A stretch of DNA of 64,000 nucleotides, taken from the NCBI RefSeq assembly GCF_006345805.1, contig NC_043003.1, positions 69,254,001 through 69,318,000 on the forward strand, given 5' to 3'. This DNA is from Octopus sinensis. Lineage: Eukaryota. The notes under the pieces were generated by a model. That model did not search any database, was not told the origin of the DNA, and saw only the letters and a program-made list of their open reading frames with translations. The position numbers and the translations under genes were made by a program. Positions within the stretch are counted from its first letter, which is position 1, and every line of letters starts with the position of its first letter. Shown here in pieces: positions 26,455-39,765 of this stretch.

Positions 26455-27172
26455 ACACACACACACACACATATATATAATATATATATATTATATATAT
26501 ATATATACGAGTATATATATAAATTTATAACTTTATAAATTTATAATTTATATATATATTATATATATATATAATATTATATATATATATATATATTATA
26601 TATATATATATATAAATTTATAATTATAAATTTAATAGTGTTTCACTTCCGGATTCTCTTACTCTGTGAAAGTTTCTAGATCGAATCACACCGGTCTCGA
26701 GATGTGCTGAAGATTTTCTATTTTGGATATATTTGGGGTACTTAGGTCTGCTCAGGACTTAGTGCTTGCTTTTTCCATGAGTATGAGTAAGTATTTCATT
26801 TATGTCTTACTTATTTATCGCTGGCGAGGAGAAAATTCTTATCAATTAACCCCGAAATTGGGACCAATACGGTAATAATAGAATTTTTTAGAAATTTCTA
26901 TCGGCATGTTTCGAGACGCATGAATTATAATGGTTATTGACAATTTTGTCGTTTTTCGGCATATTTGGCATTAGAATTTTTCTTTTGCCTTTATTTTATA
27001 AGTTATATAAATATAGAATAAGTACTAGGCTTACAAACAATAAGTCCTAGTGTCGATCTGTTCGACTACAGGCGTGCTCCAGCACTGCCGCATTCAAATG
27101 ACTGAAACCTATGAAAGAATAAAAGAATGTATATGTAAATATCAGTGAAGGCACGAGGCACAGTGGTTACGA

Positions 27173-27254
27173 CAGTTGTTCCCAACCTGGGATCCGCGGA
27201 CCCCTGCCCCTCCGCAAAGGTAGTACTAGGGGTCCGTTAACAAAAATTAAAAGT

Positions 27255-27289
<35 letters not shown>

Positions 27290-27658
27290 TCAATACAAAC
27301 AAGAACAAGCCAGAGAAAATAACAACGCGGGGATGTAGTACCAGTACTGTGTATTGGATTGGACGCTATATATATAATATATATATATATATATCTATAT
27401 AATATATATATATATTTATTATATAGAAGGAGCTTCTCCAGGACTAGAACTGTTTCATTCGAGAGAAACTCTTCAGGAAGCCCTGAAGATTTCTCTTGAA
27501 TGAAACAGTTCTAGTTCCTGTAGAAGCTCCTTCTCCTATATAATAAATTAATTATTTCTACTCTGCTATGTATTGAGTACCTTATTTACTTGTGCCCCGT
27601 TCACCCGAATAACCCGGGACCCATACATATATATATATATATAATTTATATATATATA

Positions 27659-27729
<71 letters not shown>

Positions 27730-28276
27730 TTATAACTTTATAAATTTATATAATTTATTTATATATATATATATCTATATAATTTATATATTTTTATAAT
27801 TATATATATAAATATGGTGTTCACTTCCGGATTCTCTCACTCTGTGAAAGTTTCCTAGATCGAATCACACCGGTCTCGAGATGTGCTGAAGATAGTAAGT
27901 ATTTCCTTTATGTCTTACGTATTTATCGCTGGCGAGGGGAAAATTCTTATCAATTAACCCCGAAATTGGGACCAATACGGTAATAACGGAATTTTTTAGG
28001 AATTTCTATCGGCATGTTTCGAGACGCATAAATTATAATGGTTATTGACAATTTTGTCGTTTTTCGGCATATTTGGCGGCATTAGAATTATTCTTATGCC
28101 TTTATTTATAAGTTATATAAATAATATATATATATATATTATATATATATAATATATAATATATATGTATGTATGTATGTATGTATGGTATGTATATATT
28201 TTATATATATAGGATAGGAGTAGTAAAAGGGTTTCCGTGAGAAAGATCATTTAAATAAAAGGGTTGGGAACCACTG
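27173..28276. mobile_element. hAT MITE carrying ~0.95 kb of sequence duplicated from 26.2-27.0 kb, inserted in a SINE-C head
   Basis: TIRs cagttgttcccaacc / ggttgggaaccactg; perfect 8-bp TSD ggttacga at 27165-27172 and 28277-28284. Confidence 0.85.
27425..27534. repeat. ~53-bp-arm hairpin with 4-nt loop
   Basis: 27425-27477 pairs with 27482-27534, with a few mismatches and indels. Confidence 0.9.
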
Positions 28277-28576
28277 GGTTACGATAAGCATCTCACGATC
28301 GCCAGGTTATGAGTTCAATTCCCGGCGACGCATCGTATCCTTCAGCAAGACGCTTTATTTCACGTTTTCTCCAGTCCACTCAGCTGGCAAAAATGAGTTA
28401 TACAAGTAATTCAAACGGCTAGCTTTGTCATATTCTGTGTCACACTGACTCTCTCTGAGAACTACGTAATGGGAACGCGTGTCTGTGGAGTGCTCAGCCA
28501 CTTGCACGTTAATTTCATGAGCAGGCTGTTCCTTTGATCGGATCAACTGGACCCTAGTCATCCTTCTACACATACC

Positions 28577-28638
<62 letters not shown>

Positions 28639-28684
28639 CTATATATATATATATATATAGCTTATATATATATAATATATTTTA

Positions 28685-28860
28685 TCCAAACAAGAAGCAC
28701 AAAACCACAACAACGCGAGGACGGGAACAAATATAGTATCATGGACACTCAGGAAAGCAGGAAAGAAGAGGGTTTAAACGTTTCGAGCGAGCTCTTCGTC
28801 GGAAACATAGGAGAAGGAAAAATCCAGAGAAGGGAAGACAGAGGAAAAAAATCGCCAACG
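28685..28860 (-). mobile_element. Penelope-like terminal-repeat fragment with CCGACGA-core hammerhead-like motif (28772-28806)
   Basis: Minus strand gttt-CCGACGA-A-gagc tc gctc-GAAA-c-GTT-taaac; sibling at 40182-40360. Confidence 0.55.
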
Positions 28861-30302
28861 GTATATATATATATATATATATATATCAAAATGGAACAAA
28901 AACGCAATAGAGGGCATTAAAATATTCGGACAGATAGACGACACAAAGGCGGACAACAGCAACATCAATTAGATGGACAGGCAGAAAAAGACGGGTCATT
29001 CTTGGCTTTCTTTCATCAGTCAAGTACCAGACGTCACGACCATTTCGGACAGTTACACTTGAGATGGTTCGATTTGGTTGTTCCCCAAAAAACGTCTAAG
29101 CTACGAGCATTAGACCCCTTTGTAAGAAAGCTAGCGAATGTGTACGACAACAAAGACAAAAAGAAAAGCAAAAAAAAACAAACAAAAAACGGAGAACATG
29201 GTACACAATTACGAATACAATTACGAATTTGTTTATAGTTATCGAATGTTCGTGCTACACCTTAGCTCTGTCTCTCCATCACATCGATGTTGTCTTAACA
29301 GGTGCTCAGTGTAACGCGCGTCAGGTGTCAAAGAGCAACGTGAGATGAACGAAATGTTTTGCGAAAGAACACAACGCACCACCCAGTCTACGAATTGAAA
29401 CCACGATCGCGCGACTTTAACCACTAGGGTTTACGTCCTCACGATGTGCGTGTGTGTGTGCGTGTCTGTGTGTCCAAAGAGTTTTTTTATTAACCTAGCA
29501 TTTACACACTATTGTTTATAACTTAATCTGCTTCGGGATTCACTGTTCCAAAAAAGAATTACTTCATGTTCCCTTGACAATTTTAAATTCCTATGTGTCA
29601 TTATTTCTAAGCGTGTGCGACGTAGTATTTGCATGTACATGTGTATGGGTGTGTATGTTTTGTGTTCTTTGTTGTGTGTGTGTGTGTGTTTGTCCGTTCC
29701 CACCATTTGATAGCTCCTGTCGGATTCTTTACGTCTCCATAAATCTTTAGCATAAGTACCAGAGTCGATATAAAAATAAATGATGGGATTGATTTGTTCG
29801 ATTAAACCCTTCAAGGCGATGCTCCAGTATGGCCACGGTCCAATAACGGAAACATAAGATACGAAGGCGTTAAGCGACAACAAACAATAATAATTTTGAA
29901 GGCTAAAGTCAAGTAAGAGTTACCTCCCTGTATAGGTCTGGTTTACTTTTGCCGTCACGACAAAAACTTTATTTGAGATTTTGCTGGAGGTTATTTCAAG
30001 AAAAGTAGAGATATTTGGGATCTGCCGTCAGATCAAGACAATTTAACCAAAGTTTCGGAGCAGATTAATAGAAAAATATTACATCATGGTTATGGATGGA
30101 TAGTGGGATGGGGTGTAGCAAAATGTGAAAAATTGAAATTTTTCCGAAAACTATTTTGTTCAGAATCGTAATTTATGTGGTACTAAAAGCAAGAATATTA
30201 TAAAATGAAGGTGCGTTTCTACGTTTTTTTTTTCCTTTCCCACAAAATACAGGTGGTACATCTAGTCAATATACAATTCCTCAGTCAATATACGAATGCT
30301 TT

Positions 30303-30890
30303 GAAGGCGGCGAGCTAGCAGACACGTTAGCACGCCGGGCGAAATGTGTAGCCGTATTTCGTCTGCTGTTACGTTCTGAGTTCAAATTCCGCCGAGGTTG
30401 ACTTTGCCTTTCATCCTTTCGGCGTCGATTAAATAAGTACCAGTTACGCACTGGGGTCGATATAATCGACTTAATCCGTTTGTCTGTCCTTGTTTGTCCC
30501 CTCTGTGTTTAGCCACTTGTGGGTAGTAAAGAAATAGGTATTTCGTCTATCTTCTGAGTTCAAATTCCACCGAGGTCGACTTTGCCTTTCATACTTTCGG
30601 GGTCGATTAAATAAGTACCAGTTACGCACTGGGGTCGATATAATCGGCTTAATCCGTTTGTCTGTCCTTGTTTGTCCCTTCTATGTTTAGCCCCTTGTGG
30701 GTAGTAATGAAATAGAATAGGTATTTCGTCTGTCTTTACGTTCTGGTTTAAATTCGCCGAGGTCGACTTTGCCTTTCATCCTTTCGGGGTCGATACATTT
30801 AGTACCAGCTGTGTGTACTGAGATCGATCTAACCGACTGCCCCCTGCCCAAAAATTTCAGGCCTTGTGCCTAGAATAGAAAAGAATATAC
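30303..30890 (+). mobile_element. tRNA-derived SINE family B, trimeric
   Basis: Same head + body + body + alternative-tail layout as 25557-26165. Confidence 0.85.
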
Positions 30891-30896
30891 GAATGT

Positions 30897-30996
30897 NNNN
30901 NNNNNNNNNNNNNNNNNNNNNNNNNNNNNNNNNNNNNNNNNNNNNNNNNNNNNNNNNNNNNNNNNNNNNNNNNNNNNNNNNNNNNNNNNNNNNNNN
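30897..30996. other. Assembly gap (100 N)
   Basis: Run of N. Confidence 1.
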
Positions 30997-31285
30997 GCGT
31001 GTCCAAGGTAGCATTCCAATCCCCCACTAAGAGTAAAGGACGAGACGTTCCCAAGAATAACTTCTAGACGTCGAAAGAAATCCGCCCGACCTGTTAAGGG
31101 CGGTGCGTAGACTGATACGAGTCGAAAAGCGCACCCATTGCTGCCGTCAACATCCAGAACGATCAGTCTACCCTACGGGTCTACGAATATCGTCTTGACT
31201 TCGAGATCCAGGCTCTTGTGAAAAAGTACCGCGGTGCCACTACCGCCCATCTCGGCAGACAGGAGCGAAATAAATGTTAAACTGT
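30997..31285 (-). mobile_element. LINE apurinic endonuclease fragment (L1/Tx1-like)
   Basis: GGSGTAVLFHKSLDLEVKTIFVDP*GRLIVLDV...FRLVSVYAPP...FFRRLEVILGTSRPLLLVGDWNATLD; runs into the gap. Confidence 0.8.
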
Positions 31286-31320
31286 AGATAGATAGATAGA
31301 ACCATAGATAGATAGATAGG

Positions 31321-31394
<74 letters not shown>

Positions 31395-33449
31395 CACACA
31401 CACACTCGCAAACTTGTGTTTGACAGCACGCGTTTGATGCAATTCTAAAACCGCAAACATTACGCAAATTTTCACTTCGAATTTTTGCATAAACTGGTGT
31501 TGCAAGCAGTGTTGCTACAGAAACAATTGTAACGAATCTTTAAACATGTGTTAAAGAATTTTCCTTGTCTGATTTACGTTCTGAGTTCAAATTCCGCCGA
31601 GGTCGACTTTGCCTTTCATTTTTTCGGGGTCGAGAAATTACGTACCTGTTGTGTACTGACGGTCGATCTAATCGACTGGCCCCCTCCCCAAAAATTTCGG
31701 GCCTTGTGCCTAGAGTAGAAAATAATTATTTGGAGTGTGTGTGTTAATACATACACATACATATATATATACACGTGCCTACATATATATGTATAATATC
31801 CGAGATATGCAATTGAGGCAGTAAAGATAAAGGTTACTTTCTCAGGTCATCCTGACTCATAAGGACCAGTTTCTCAGTTTGCATGGCGTATATCCCCCAC
31901 CTGGATGGGACGCCAGTCCATCGCAGGATTAACTCATTTTTGCGAGTTAAGTGGACTCGAGCAAAGTGAAATGAAGTGTTTTGCTCAAGAACACAATGCC
32001 TCACCCGGTCCTGGAATCGAAACCACAATCTTACGATCATGAGTCCAACACCTCTAACCACTAAACCACGCGCGTCTCCACAAGTGAGGCAGTAAGACAT
32101 CTATGAATCATATTTAATAAATATACACTGTTGATAGGCCAGTTACAGCAGTATTTGTTCTGTGATGACATCTCTTATGGTTGTGCTGTTTTAAAAACAC
32201 ACTAAACCTCAGAGAAACAATATATCGTTCTAGCAGCGGTCAGCAAGACCTTCAGATGCACTCTAGCTTTTGTGGGGCTTTTCAATGGACATACAAGCAG
32301 CCAGCCACACAGTCAAACGAGACGACGAATTCGTTGAATCATCCACTGGACATCTTCATATAGTCGTGCTTTTTTGTAGAGTACGAGATCGTCGTCTTTA
32401 GACAGGGTGACTTAGCTATATTTTTAAAGAGTGAAGAGCGTCGAGGGACCCCCGTATACGTTTTCCATACAGCTTATCAAATCATAGAGATAAATATCAA
32501 GATTCTTGTACCAATATTTTTATGAAGTTTGTTTACAAAGCTGTGCATAAGCATTATTATGACAATTGTCATCTCAAAGGCACATTAGAATCAGAATATA
32601 TTCACATATTTAAAAGAATATTCCAATAAAATATATTATAGAATATACGATATAAAATATAGAATATTCCAGTAAAAACAGCAACCCAGTGCAAACACAG
32701 CAGACCAGGTATTATTTTTCACGATCAAAGAACGAAGTTTATGCATTGTAGCAGAGGTTCAATTCCCAAGCGGTTTTAAATATTCAGCATAATAAAAATA
32801 GGGCACACGGGACGATAAAGGAAATAAGGAAATGAAGTTGGAAAACACGCACACAAATGGACGCAGATATGCTCAATTCCTCGTCAGTTGTCGACCAAAT
32901 ATCATCACGATTTCGACACTTTACGATTGTATTATTTGGTGATATCAGAACATAAGTGACTGGGGATTAAATGGGCGGACATGAGAGACGAAGACGAACG
33001 GAAAGCGAATGACACAAGTACAATTACAAGACAATATTAGGTTTGTAGACCGAACGGTAAATAAAAGACGAGTTATGAAACGAGAGGAACAAATAAGCAA
33101 AGGCAGTAACACAATTGTAAACAACACAGAGAGATATTCGTATCCAAAGCGTGTCGTCTTTCTACAATAATGAACTGCAACAAGACTTACTTGTATTCTG
33201 GTTATGCATCTCCATTTTAACTATTATCATAGTTGCACTGTACTACGTAACAACAGATTTACAAAACGTCTGTAAATGTTGGTATTTCTGAGAAACAATT
33301 TAAACAAACTAACTGACGGCCTTCAAATTTAATAAATATTATAATGAAAATTTACGAAACAACTCGAAGATTCTCCAATTAGATCTCCGAGAAGGAATTT
33401 TTATACGTCGTTACGTATGTATTGATACATTGTGGCATACACACGAATA

Positions 33450-34121
33450 CATAAATACATTTCGAAGGTTATACATTTGCAATCCAAGAAGAGGAGATTG
33501 CTATGAAATGCTTAATGAACAAAAGAGACAGTGAAACCGTTGGAGTTCCAAGATGCAACCGAAAATGTAGATTGTGTCACATTTCTGTGGAAGATATCCT
33601 ACATGTGATTAGCAACTGGCCAACAATGTCATCAAGGTACTACCTCCCTATAGGACACAATGTTATCCGGTTAAAGACTGTCCTGAGCTCTTTCACCATT
33701 GGCAAGAAATCTTAAAATAATGAAAAATAATAACACACATACATACATACATACATACATACATACATACATACATACATACATACATACATACATACAT
33801 ACATACATACATACATACATACATACACACAGTTGTGGAAATTTGCTGCTCGACGAATGTTAACATAAAGATCAATGAAAAAGAGAGAACACCTATGCTG
33901 AACTATTGAGAAATCTGCAGTTACTCTATCCAGATTACAAGTTCAGGTTTATACCTGTAATTATTGAAGCCCTGGGATAAGTAATGCACTACCTAAATAT
34001 CAATCTTGAGAAATTAGGCTTCTCAAAACCAGTATGGAGAAAGCTAATTCGAAGACTACAGATCTAATCCATCACTGGAACTGTAAAAATCTGTAAAACT
34101 TTCCAGAAGTTTAGCATTTAA
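33450..34121 (+). mobile_element. 3' part of an R4/Dong-like restriction-endonuclease LINE, split by (TACA)n
   Basis: EGYTFAIQEEEIAMK...KCRLCHISVEDILHVISNWPTMSSRYYLPIGHNVI (CCHC knuckle). After the repeat: VVEICC...YAELLRNLQLLYPDYKFRFIPVIIEALG...LEKLGF...ITGTVKICKTF*. Confidence 0.8.
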
Positions 34122-35028
34122 ATATATATGATCATGTCTAGATATGCAACTATATGCATGAGAATATATACATAAAGCAAAACATACAAATCTGCACACA
34201 TACATACATACATACATACATACATACATACATACATACATACATACATACATACATACATACATACATACAAAAATACCCCTGTTGTTGATGTTGAAAT
34301 ATTCCAGTGAAGAAGACTTGGATCTAGGAAAGAAACCGGTTCTTCCTCTATTGGCAAGAAATCTTGAAATAAACTGAATAAGGACATACATACATGCATA
34401 CATGCATGCATGCATACATACATACATACATACATACATACATACATACATACATACAGTGTGGCTGCCGACTCGTAGACGAGTATGACTATCGCTGACA
34501 AATCTTTTCCTAGATATCAACGACAATAGCTGTCAGTAATACCCTTGCTAGAATTGGAAGTGAATTAGAGCTCACTCTTACCAACAAAACCGTGTCGTCT
34601 GGAAAGAACAAGAGTAAGATCTTCGGCTTCGTAATGAAGCGGGTGTTATTTCGGAATTTCCTTCTCCTAGAGTGATGTCCAAACAAAGACTAGGGGTCGC
34701 CCACTTGGATTGCCATTGAGTTTATCCATCCTTTGACAGATTTTGTCTTTCATCCTGCAGGATGTCCAACGAAAACCACGCTCCAAAGCAAGCAACTTTG
34801 GTAGGGTTACCGGTTTAGCCAGCAACAGCCCGAAAATGCGGCACGTTGTAATGGGTTACCAATAGTACTAGAGGTGACTTGACATATTACAAAGGTTGCC
34901 AATTCAAAATTTCGATACGTAAAGGGCACTAAAAACGACAATACGAAACTTAAAAGTACCACAAAAATGCATCGAAGCAACAACAACAAAAAAATTACAT
35001 GATTAGGGATAAACACCAAAAGATTTAT

Positions 35029-35367
35029 GTGGCACCTTGGGCCCCTTGTCTTCTATTATAGCCTCGGACCGACCAAAGCTTTGTGAGTAGATTTGGTAGA
35101 CGGAAACTGAAAGAAGCCTGTCGTATGTATACTCTTTACTCTTTTACTCTTTTATTTGTTTCAGTCATTTGACTGTGGCCATGCTGGAGCACCGCCTTTA
35201 GTCGAGCAAATCGACCCCGGGACTTATTCTTTGTAAGCCCAGTACTTATTCTATCGGTGTCTTTTGCTGAACCGCTAAGTGACGGGGACGTAAACACACC
35301 AGCATCGGTTGTCAAGCAATGCTAGGGGGACAAACACACACACACACCACACACACACACACACACA

Positions 35368-35444
<77 letters not shown>

Positions 35445-36165
35445 GACAGGCCTCTTTTAGTTTCCGTCTACCAAATCCACTCACAAGGCATTGGTCGGCC
35501 CGGGGCTATAGCAGAAGACACTTGCCCAAGATGCCACGCAGTGGGACTGAACCCGGAACCATGTGGTTGGTTAGCAAGCTACTTACCACACAGCCATATA
35601 TATGTTCTTTTATTCTTTTACTTGTTTCAGTCATTTGACTGTGGCCATGCTGGAGCACCGCCTTTGGTCGAGCAAATCGACCCCCAGGACTTATTCTTTG
35701 TAAGCCTAGTACTTTTTCTATCGGTCACTTTTCCTAAACAGCTAAGTTACGGGGACCGAAACAAACCAGCATCGGTTGTCAAACGATGTTGGGGAGACAA
35801 ACAGACACACACACACACACGACAGGCTTATTTCAGTATCCTTCTACCAAATCATCTCACAAGACTTTGGTCAGCCTTAGTAGAAGACACTTCCCCAAGG
35901 TACCACGCAGTGGGACAGAACCCGGGACTATGTAGTTGGTAAGCAATCTACTTACCACACAGCCACTCATATATATTTGTGTCTCCTCCATCGGTTGGTA
36001 ACCGACCTTGGTGTGTGTACGTCCCGAAACTTAGCGGTTCGGCAAAAGAGACCGATAGAATAAGTACCAAGCTTACAAAGAATAAGTCCAGGGATCGATT
36101 TCTTCGACTAGAAGCCGGTGCTCCGGCATGGCCACAGTCAAAATGACTGAAACAAGTAAATGAGT
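35029..36165. mobile_element. Cluster of four SINE family A pieces in mixed orientation (+,-,-,+)
   Basis: Family hallmark ggccgaccaaagccttgtgagtggatttggtagacggaaactgaaagaagcc. About 20 further copies or fragments, e.g. 8815-9066, 13455-13835, 20780-21040, 40001-40640, 43265-43650, 44195-44740, 46965-47360, 54258-54560, 58035-58410. Confidence 0.85.
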
Positions 36166-36763
36166 TAAAGGATAAAATTAAGATTAAACTAACACGCAAA
36201 TTTCCCGGTGAATTTCTTTAAAACCGCAGGAGTAAGCTTTAAAAATCTTTACAAGAAACGGCTTTTAATAAAAATGTTACATCACGAATATTTTTAATTT
36301 ATGACGATTTTTAAGCGTTTCGAGTTTTCCGATTTTGGTTAAATTTCTTGTAGAAATACAGAAATTTGCTTCAGAGTTCGTGTCTTATAATGACAGACAC
36401 TGAGTTTGCATTGAAATGGCAAAGCGGTCAGCGGTTTGGAGAGAAAATTCCTAATTAAATTTTGTTTTTGCTTTAATGGGAAAATGCTAAATTCAGCGCT
36501 AAATATCGGTTTCAAATTTTGTCACAAGTCCAGCGGTTCCGGGGGGAAGGTGGGGTTAAGTCGATTACACCGATCCCAGTGCTCAACTGGTACTTGTTTT
36601 ATCGATTTCGAAAGGATGAACGGCAAAGTCAGCGTCGGTGGAATTTGAACTCAGAATGTATAAAGATGGACGAAATACCGCTAAGCATTTTACTCGGCGT
36701 TTCTAACGATTCCGCCAGCTGGCCACTTCTCATTCAATACTAAATAATGATAATAATAATAGT

Positions 36764-37125
36764 GCATCTCTCATCACGAGCAGAAGTAGTGGGGGAGGAT
36801 CATAGCCATGTGTTGAGAGGGATTCTTTGGGGTTTGAATAATTCACCTCTGGAAACATGGGTGGTTCTTTCAACATCCTTAAACAACCCTTAATTAGGGA
36901 CCCTTTGAGCGGGATGGGCTACTCAACCAGAAGAAAATTCTAACTGGGCCCCACCTGCAAGGTCATGTGCTGTTTATCTTGATATGAGATCACCATGTCG
37001 CGCGCATATGGTTGTGATGCATGTGCCTGGTGTACCCTTATCAGACGGGTAGTCATGATGGGTATATTGGGCTTCGTATATTTTACCCCAGTGTCACTTT
37101 GATGGCATGAACTGCTCTCTCACTC
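36764..37125 (+). mobile_element. Interspersed repeat with (AAT)n tail (probably retroposon 3' end)
   Basis: A reverse-complement partial copy lies at ~11550-11695; this copy is flanked by (AAT)n on both sides. Confidence 0.6.
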
Positions 37126-37166
<41 letters not shown>

Positions 37167-37289
37167 TAATATAATAATAATAATAATAATGATGATGATG
37201 ATGATGATGATGAGCTCAAAAGTTGCGCAAACGCGAAATTAATGGCCTTTTTTGAGCTGAACATGTTAGAAAAACATTAAATGGCAACA

Positions 37290-37905
37290 CTGACGTATAC
37301 ATACGTACATTCATACATACATGCATACATACATACATATAATCATTCATGCATGCAGACATCCACACACACACAAACACACAAGACATACATATTCATA
37401 CATTCATACATACACACATACATGAATGCGTACTTAAATGCTCGTACATACATGCGCACATATATACATACGTACATACATACATACATACATACATACA
37501 TACATACATACATACATACATACATACATACATACATACGTACACACTTACGTACACACATACGTACATAAACACATACATACATACATACACACACACA
37601 TACATACATACATACATACATACATACATACATACATACATACATACATACATACATACATACATACGTATGTGCATACACACATACATGTGCACATAAA
37701 TACATATTTGCATGCATGCATACATATATACATACATACATACATACATACGTACGTACATACACACATACATACATACACACATACATAAATACAGACA
37801 CACATGCATACACACATACATACATACATACATACATACATACATACATACATACATACATACATACATACATACATACATACATACATACATACGTACA
37901 TACGT
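37290..37905. repeat. Degenerate (TACA)n microsatellite
   Basis: Direct inspection. Similar arrays at ~10405-10555, 19540-20030, 33735-33828, 34195-34455, 38540-38875, 47365-47579, 53360-53700. Confidence 0.98.
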
Positions 37906-38704
37906 CTATGCAGGAGTACGTGAGTACATACAACTACATCGCAAAAAAAACACACCAGTAGAGTAAAGGAAGGAAGAGGAGGAAAATAAGAAAGAGAAAG
38001 ACAAAGAAGGGGTGAAGTGGGAGGTGAAGAGGGGTTGGGTTAGTGATGAAGGCTTAAAATGGCGGATTTAAACATAAACGTCTTAATCTTAATCTTTAGA
38101 CAGAATATACGGATTAGACAACTAAATTGAATAGCGCGCTTTGATACCCATGCGTGTGTATGTGTGTACGCGCGCGTGTGTGTGTGTGTGTGCGCGTGCG
38201 TGTGTGCGTGCTTGCGTGCGCGCGTGTGTGTGTGTGCGTGCGTGTACGTACGTGTATGTGCATGTATATATGTATACAGACTTACGAGCAGGTGTATATA
38301 GGGGTGTATAATTGTACAGGTATTTTTTCAAACCTGTGCGCATGTTCTGATGTTCCTGTGGCAAATAAAAGAAACTATTATCGTTGTTGTTGTTGTAGGT
38401 GCTGTTGTTGCTGTTGTCGGTGGTGGCGGCGGCGGTTGTAGGGGGGTGTCATTTATATTATGAAGGTCTAATACTTTTGTATTACCTGAAGATACACGCG
38501 CGAAAATGCATTCATCAGGTGGCATATGGCAAAGTGCAAATACATACATACATACATACATACATTTATACATACATATATTCATACATACTTAGATACA
38601 TACATACATTTATACATCCATACATACATACATACATACATACATACATACATACATACATACATTTATACATCCATACATACATATATACATACATACA
38701 TATA

Positions 38705-38737
<33 letters not shown>

Positions 38738-39107
38738 TCATACATACATACATACATACATACATACATACATTTATACATCCATACATACATACATATA
38801 TACATACATACATACATACATACATACATACAACATACATACATATATTCATACATACATATATACATACATTTATATATATATATATATATATATAATG
38901 ATAAATATCAATGTGAGTTATATACAGTAGCGGTAACACAACGTGACGTATTTTTGCCATTTCAATATGGCTAACCCCTAAGGGTGGATGCTACTGTAGT
39001 TTTTAGCCCCAGGAGGACACACTCCTCCAGCTGGCCATAGACACACTTTCTGTGTCCTGTCAGTATTTGCAAAGGGAAGTCATCCTTCCCGTCTTCAACT
39101 TATGATA

Positions 39108-39152
39108 CACACGGAGTCGAGTTTCGAGGTATTGACCTCTCGTCAGCGTGTG
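39108..39152 (-). ncRNA. Type I hammerhead ribozyme, probably impaired copy
   Basis: cacacg-CTGACGA-gaggt caat acctc-GAAA-ctcgac-TC-cgtgtg. G>C at 39116 breaks the stem III pair and changes GUC to CUC. Confidence 0.75.
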
Positions 39153-39412
39153 ACAATCATAGTTGTCGCCGAGAATTAGATTTCCTTCACAAATACTTAT
39201 ACTTTTTCCAGCGTCCACTAGCATCCACCCTTAGGGGTTAGCCATATTGAAATGGCAAAAATACGTCACGTTGTGTTACCGCTACTGTATATAACTCACA
39301 TTGATATTTATCATTGTTGGATTTCACTTTTTCAATATCAGCGACAGTGGACGCTGGAAAAAGTATAAGTATTTGTGAAGGAAATCTAATTCTCGGCGAC
39401 AACTATGATTGT

Positions 39413-39457
39413 CACACGCTGACGAGAGGTCAATACTTCGAAACTCGAGTCCGTGTG
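39413..39457 (+). ncRNA. Type I hammerhead ribozyme (predicted cleavage after C39451)
   Basis: cacacg(39413-18)-CTGACGA(39419-25)-gaggt caat acttc-GAAA(39440-43)-ctcgag-TC-cgtgtg(39452-57); stem I extends via atgat/atcat. Confidence 0.9.
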
Positions 39458-39765
39458 TATCATAAGTTGAAGACGGGAAGGATGACTTCCCTTTGCAAAT
39501 ACTGACAGGACACAGAAAGTGTGTCTATGGCCAGCTGGAGGAGTGTGTCCTCCTGGGGCTAAAAACTACAGTAGCATCCACCCTTAGGGGTTAGCCATAT
39601 TGAAATGGCAAAAATACGTCACGTTGTGTTACCGCTACTGTATATAAATCACATTGATATTTATCATTGTTGGATTTCACTTTTTCAATATCAGCGACAG
39701 TGGACGCTGGAAAAAGTATAAGTATTTGTGAAGGAAATCTAATTCTCGGCGACAACTATGATTGT

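Noticed and set aside
34300-34345. gtgaagaagac...gaaaccggtt in the R4-like tail resembling a hammerhead
   Set aside because: The core lacks CUGA and stems I and II do not close in this copy; a family consensus would be needed.
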